Origin: Candidatus Lindowbacteria bacterium RIFCSPLOWO2_12_FULL_62_27
GTDB lineage: Bacteria; Lindowbacteria; 2-12-FULL-62-27
Direction: 5' to 3'
Length of the DNA stretch: 44,954 nucleotides
Assembly: GCA_001784175.1 (NCBI GenBank)
Contig: MFPR01000040.1
Coordinates: 1-44,954, forward strand
The translations under genes were made by a program, and so were the position numbers. Under the pieces are notes generated by a model. The model made no database searches and was not told the origin of the DNA. It was given only the letters and a program-made list of their open reading frames with translations. Of the stretch, positions 24,901 through 30,900 are shown in pieces; position 1 is the first letter of the stretch, and each line of letters opens with the position of its first letter.

Positions 24901-27900
24901 CGTCGTCGTGTTGCTCTGGTAGTCCGTCACCTGCAGCCGGATGACGTAGATGCCCTCCGCCACCACCGCGTTGCCGTTGTCCTTGCCGTCCCACGACACC
25001 TTGTTCGCCCCCGCCGTCTGGCTGTCCGCCACCAGCGTCCGCACCAGATTCTTCGCCGGCGAAAAAATGTCCACAACCACGGTGTCGGTGTTCTCCGACA
25101 GGCTGTAGCTGATGAACGTCAGGTCGTTCTGGTTGTCGCCGTTCGGTGAAAAAGGGTTCGGCGAGGCCGAGAGATTCCCGATCACCGGGGCCTGAATGTC
25201 GGTCAGGCCCGTGTCGTACGTGATCTCGATGGTGTCGCCATAGCCCGAGTTGTTGCTCGCGCGGTCCTGCGCGCGTATCAGAATCCTGTACCGGCCCGTG
25301 TCCGAGCTGTTCGTGAACTTCGAATTCACCAGCGCCGTCGGGTCCAGCACGAAACTCCACGAACTGTACGGCTGCTGGCCCGCCGTCGTGTCGGATTCGC
25401 TCCTCACCGGCGAGTCCGTCACCAGCGGCGTCAGGTTGTAGCTGTTGCCGGTGCCGCTCGAGTCGAACCAGATCTGCAGATAGACCGCCGACAGGTTCGA
25501 GGCCTGGATGCCCGAAATGAACGTGTTGCCGTCCGGGTCGACCGCCGTGCCCAGCACGGTGATGGGCTTCGAGTTGAATTTCGTCCCGGTATTCGGAAGC
25601 GTGACGTCCGCTGTGGGCTTGGTGTTGTCCAGATTCACCACGGCCGAGTCCGGCCAGGTCGACGTGTTGCCCGCCTTGTCCTTCAAGGTGACGGGCAGTT
25701 TCAGGTTCACGTTGTCTTGAATGGCGTTCGTCGGCGCGATCGTGTGCGCCGTCCGGATGAAGGTCGCGGTCGTGACGCCGAGGTTGATCGTGCCGGTGTC
25801 GGTGTTGATCGAGTCCAGCGAGCTGTAGTTCACGCTCGTCACGATCGTGTCCGTGCCCACCTGGTCGGTCACGGTGAGGTCCAGCGTCACGACGTCGCCG
25901 TCCTTGAAGTTCGTGTCCGACGGGACCACGGCCGAGATCAGAATCGGGCCCTGGTTGTCCAGAACGATCGTGAAGGAGTCCCCGACGTTGGTGGTGTCGT
26001 TCGAACCGTCCGTGATCGTGATCGGGACGGTGCCGCTGTAATTTTCGAAGGTGTTCGAACTGTTGAGCGTGTACCTCACCGAAAACGAACAGCCGATGTT
26101 GTTGGCCGTGAACGGCCCCTGGATCGTGTAGCCGCCGCCGCTGAATTTCGAGTCGATCACCCCGAAATTCGGCGTGATCCGAACGTTCAGCGTGTCGTTG
26201 TCCTGCGGATTCACGTACACGTCGAAGTTGATGACTTCGCCCGCGTTCGCCACCGCGCCGCCGCCACGGTAGATCGTGTCCGGGTCCCGGCTCACGATGA
26301 ACCGGAAGGACGGCTTGATCGTGTCCAGCTCGATCGGGACTGTCTCGTAGGCTTCGTTGCCGACGTCGTCCTTGAAATACAGAACCACCCGCGCCGGGTC
26401 GGTGTTGCCGCTGTTGCCCGAATAGGGCACGTAGGTCATCCGGTAGGTCGTGGAGGTGTTCGCGCTGATCACGATCGTGTTGCCGTTCTGGGCCTGGAAA
26501 CTGTCCTGCAAAAAGCCGGCCTGCGGGGTGGGGTCGAAATTGTAAAAGTTCACTTCAAAGGTCGGCACGTTCGACACCGGCTCGTCCAGCGTGACCAGCA
26601 TCCGCACCGATTCGCCCGACGTGTAGGTCGTGTCGGTCACCGGCGCAAAGGCCGAGTCGGTCTGCTGCACGGTCGCCAGGGGCTTGCGCGTGTCGGCGAT
26701 GATCGGCTGCTTCTGCGTCAGGTTCTGCGTGGTCGAGATGTTCGCGTTGTTGTTCAGCGTCTCCGTGTACACGACGTCGTCCGTGTCGACCGAATAGCCG
26801 AACCGGTCGTTCACGTTCGACGTCCGGTCCACCGCGTTGCCCTGCCACGTCGTGCTCGTGGCCGTCCGGATCACCACGAAAAAGTCCGCGCCGGCCGAGT
26901 CGCTCGTGTTCACGTTCGGGACGTCTGCCACGTTGCCGATGCCGCTGCGCGGCGTCAGTTTCACCTTCAGGCCCTGCGGATTGGTGACGTCGCAGGGGAT
27001 CGGTGTGTCCGGGGCGTCGAAAACGCCCGGAATGCCCTTGTCCAGCCACAACGATATCCCGCTCGAACCGTCCGTGTCCGTGTAGCCGGCGCCGATGGTC
27101 CGCCGGAAATCGTCCAGACCGAAATTGTTCACGTCGATGAAATTCACGGTCACCGACGCCAGCCGCGCGCCGCTGTCCTTGTCGAAGGCGTCGATCCCGA
27201 TGATCGCGCGCGTTTCGGAATTCGCCGGTAAATATATGGAGGAGGTCTCCGTGACCAGATTCGTGATCAAGGTCGGGACGCGGGCGCGGAACGTGTTCGA
27301 AAGCTGGGTCTGCTTGGCGGTGTTCGAACTGTACTGAATGCCGGTCGCGGGGATCTCGAACTGGAACTGGTCGTTGAACCGCAGGCCGGTGTCGCCGTAG
27401 CCGGAGGTTTTGAACGTGATGTAAAAGTCGTTCCCGTTGTTCGTGCCGACGTCGTCGTTCGGAAGGTCCACGGGAGAGGCCGGGGTCAGGATGATCTGCA
27501 GGCCGCCGGAGATCGCCAGAAAGGACTGCGTGCCGCTGAGCTGGATCAGGCCGTTGGCGATGTCCGAGGCGTCAAAGGTCCCGTTGCCGTTGATCTCACG
27601 GTACAGCGCCATGCCGCTCGCGTTCGACACCGACGCGAACCAGTTCGCGGACACGGAGCCGTTGTAGTCCTTCACGTTGACGGTGACGCTGTTGAGCTTG
27701 ATGCCCTTGTTGGCGTCGCTCACGTTGACGCCGAAAAACGCGGTCGAGAGGCTGTTGATGTCGATCCGCTGGTCGGTCGTGGTCAGGTCCTGGATGCCGG
27801 TCGTGTTGATGTCGCCGCCTTCGATGGTCTTCGTCGCGACGGTCGTCTTGTTGTAGCCGTTCGACAGCACGATGCCGTTTTTCTCGATCGAAACCTGAAA

Positions 27901-30900
27901 GTCGTCCCCCAGATTGATCGTTACGCTCGGGCGCAGGACCACGAAGAAATCCGTCAGGTTGTCCTTCGTGTCCGGCAGGTCCGTGTCCTTGATGCCGCTG
28001 AATACGAATTTCACCACGTTGTTCGCGTACGTCACCGACTGCGCCGACAGCGCCGTGTCCTTGTCCTGCTCGAACACGCCGTCCCCGTCGTCCCGCCAGA
28101 TCGATACGCCGCTGCGCGAGTCGCCCGTCAGGTCCGCCAGGTCCGAAATGTTGAAATTCGTGGTGAGGGTGTCTGTGAGCTTTACGTTCACTTCCTTCAA
28201 AAATTCGTAGGAAAGCCCGCTGTCCGACATCCGGATCCCGATTACGGGCAGAGGCGAGTTGTTCTCCTTGAGAAGCTGGCCGGTCACCGTCAGGTCCGTG
28301 AATTCGACCGGAATGCCGAGCGTCAGAAAGTTCGTGGCGATCGCCAGGTCGCTGTCCGATTTGCCGACCCGGAACTTCAGGGCGCCCCCGATGATCCGCG
28401 CGTAAAAGGTGTCGCCGAAATTCGCCTTGGAACTTGTCCGGACCACCACGAAAAAGTCGTCCTTGCCGTCTGAAGCGTCCGGGATCGCCTCCGGCGTCAC
28501 CGGGATCAGTTTCACCGTGTCGCCGGTCCACGACGGCTGGATGATGCTGATGATCGGGTCCACGTTCGCGTCGAAAAGTCCGTCCCCGTTGCCGTCCTTG
28601 TACAGCGACACGCCGCTGGCGGTCGTCGTCGTCAGCGTCGCCAGAACGTTCGAGTCCGCGCGGCCCGGATACACGAAATTCACCGCCACCTCCTCCAGCG
28701 TCTGCGAACCGCCCGAACCGTCCGACACGTTGATCCCGATCATGTTCACAGGGTCCGACAGCGCGTCCACCAACTGGCCGGGCGTCGTCCAGTCCGTGTA
28801 GGACAGAGACGTGATCGACCGCACCGTGATGTTCTTGGTGTAGAACCGCTCGGTGTTGTTGCCCGCGGTGCCCGTGGTCCAGATGCGGCTCCGAAGGGTC
28901 TGGCCCGTGTCGTAGAACTCGATGTTCGGCGGGAAGGCCGGCAGCGCCGGAATGCCGTCGCCTTCCGGATCGATCAGCACGTTCCCGAACGTCACCTGGA
29001 AGGAATCCCCGTTGTCGGCTGTCAGCGAGGTCCGGACCACGAGGAAGAAGTCGTCGCCGAGATTTTCGGATGTGTCGTTGTCCGGCACCTGCGTGTCGAG
29101 CGATCGCTCGAAATTTAATACCGCGTATGGATCGTCCGTGCCGCCCCACCCCGGCCACACGGATTTGGCCATGTTGAGCGGTACCAGCGTGTCAATGCCG
29201 GGGTCGAATACGCCGTTGGTGTTGTCCGGATGGCCGTCGTTGTCCCGGTAGAGCGCTAGACCGCTCGCGGTCGTCGCCGCCAGGGAATTGAGGTCTGTGG
29301 TCGTGAACGACGTCCCGGCGCGCTCCAGGAAAAAGGACAGTTGATTCAGCGTCACCGGCTCGTTCCCGCCCCGGTCCGTCACGTTGAGGCCCACCACCGC
29401 CAGGGGGTCGCTCGCCTCCGGGACCTCCTGGCCGCTCAAGGTCACGTCTGACAGGAACGTCAGCACCTGCTGGCGGTAGGAGCCGACAGTCCCGGAACCG
29501 CTCGTGACGGCCGGGCGGACGCTCTTGCCGTGGCCGAAAATCACGCCGCGATCCGGAATCCCCAGATGAAACGTGTCTTCAAAATCGATCGTCTTCGACG
29601 TGAGAATCGCCACCCAGAAGCTGTAATCCGCCGGGGGCGGGGTGCCGTCCACGTCCATCGTCTTCGTCGAACGTAGCGTGTAGCCGTTCTGCAGGAAGAT
29701 GGTACAGCTCGTGGCGCCCGGGCCCCACACGGTCTGCGCGGGGGACAGCGGCAGAAGCACGTCGGCCCCCTGGCTGAACGTCAGGCCGCCGTCACCGGAA
29801 TTGTTCTCCCAGATCGATATGCCGCTGAACTGGTCGCCCGTGATCGGGCGAAGATCCGTGCGCGGATCGAACCCCTGCGAGTCGGGAAACTGGATCACGA
29901 GTCCGTCCATCGTCGTCGCCAGGTGATTGCCGTCCGTCGGGCCGCCGATGATGCGCATCGCGAATACCAGCGTCGGATTGAAATCGAGGGACGTCAGGTC
30001 CGTCATCAGCGATACCGGGCTGCCGAAAAAGGCGTCGACGTTCCGCTCCAGGGCCCCCGTCAAACTCCCCGGCGTCAGCGAACGCGGCGTTTCCATGACC
30101 TCCTTGATCTGGCCGCCTTGGTTGTTGCTCGGCGCTACCTGCGCGCTCGGACCGATCACGGCGGAGTCGTCGTTGGAACCCGGGGGGTTCGCGAAAACAT
30201 TCGGAATCTTGAACCCCACGCCCGTCGGCGGGATCGTGCATATCCACTCGTCGCCGTATCCCACAAGGCCGGTGTCCCAGCCGCCGCCGGTCTTGACGGC
30301 GACGAAGTAATTGTTGTTCCCGGACGCGTTTCCGGCGTAGGTGGTCGGCAAATCGCGCGTGGCCGAGCCGCTTAACTGAAAGATCATCGTACACGACTGG
30401 CTCGCGTCCAGCGGCGTCGACAATGTCGGATGGCCGCACAGGTACCGCGTGCCGTCCCGGTCAAATTCCTGGATGAAGGTGTCAGTGCCGAAATCGAACG
30501 ATCCGTTGCCGTTCGCGTCCCGGTACAGGCGAACCCACTCGAAATCCCAGTAAGGTTGAAAATCGCCCACGAGTCGCTGGAAGACCACCGTGACCGAATC
30601 GATCTGGCCTGTGCCGGCGGCGTTGAGACCCACCAACGAAAATTCCGAGTTCGCGCCTGCAATGTCCGGTACTTGGCCGTCCGTCAGGCCATCGATGGTA
30701 AAGGCCACGCTCACCGTGTTGGTCGCGTTGGCTGCAAAAACGGAGTTGCCGCCGCCGGAAGTGCCTCCCGTCCAGTTGACATCCACAGCCGTGATGGTGA
30801 ACTGGTCGTCCTGGTCCGCCAGACCGGCAACATAAATCCACGAGCCCAGCGTCAGGCTTCCGTTGACCGGAATCGTGTTGCCGCCCACCAGCGTCACTGT

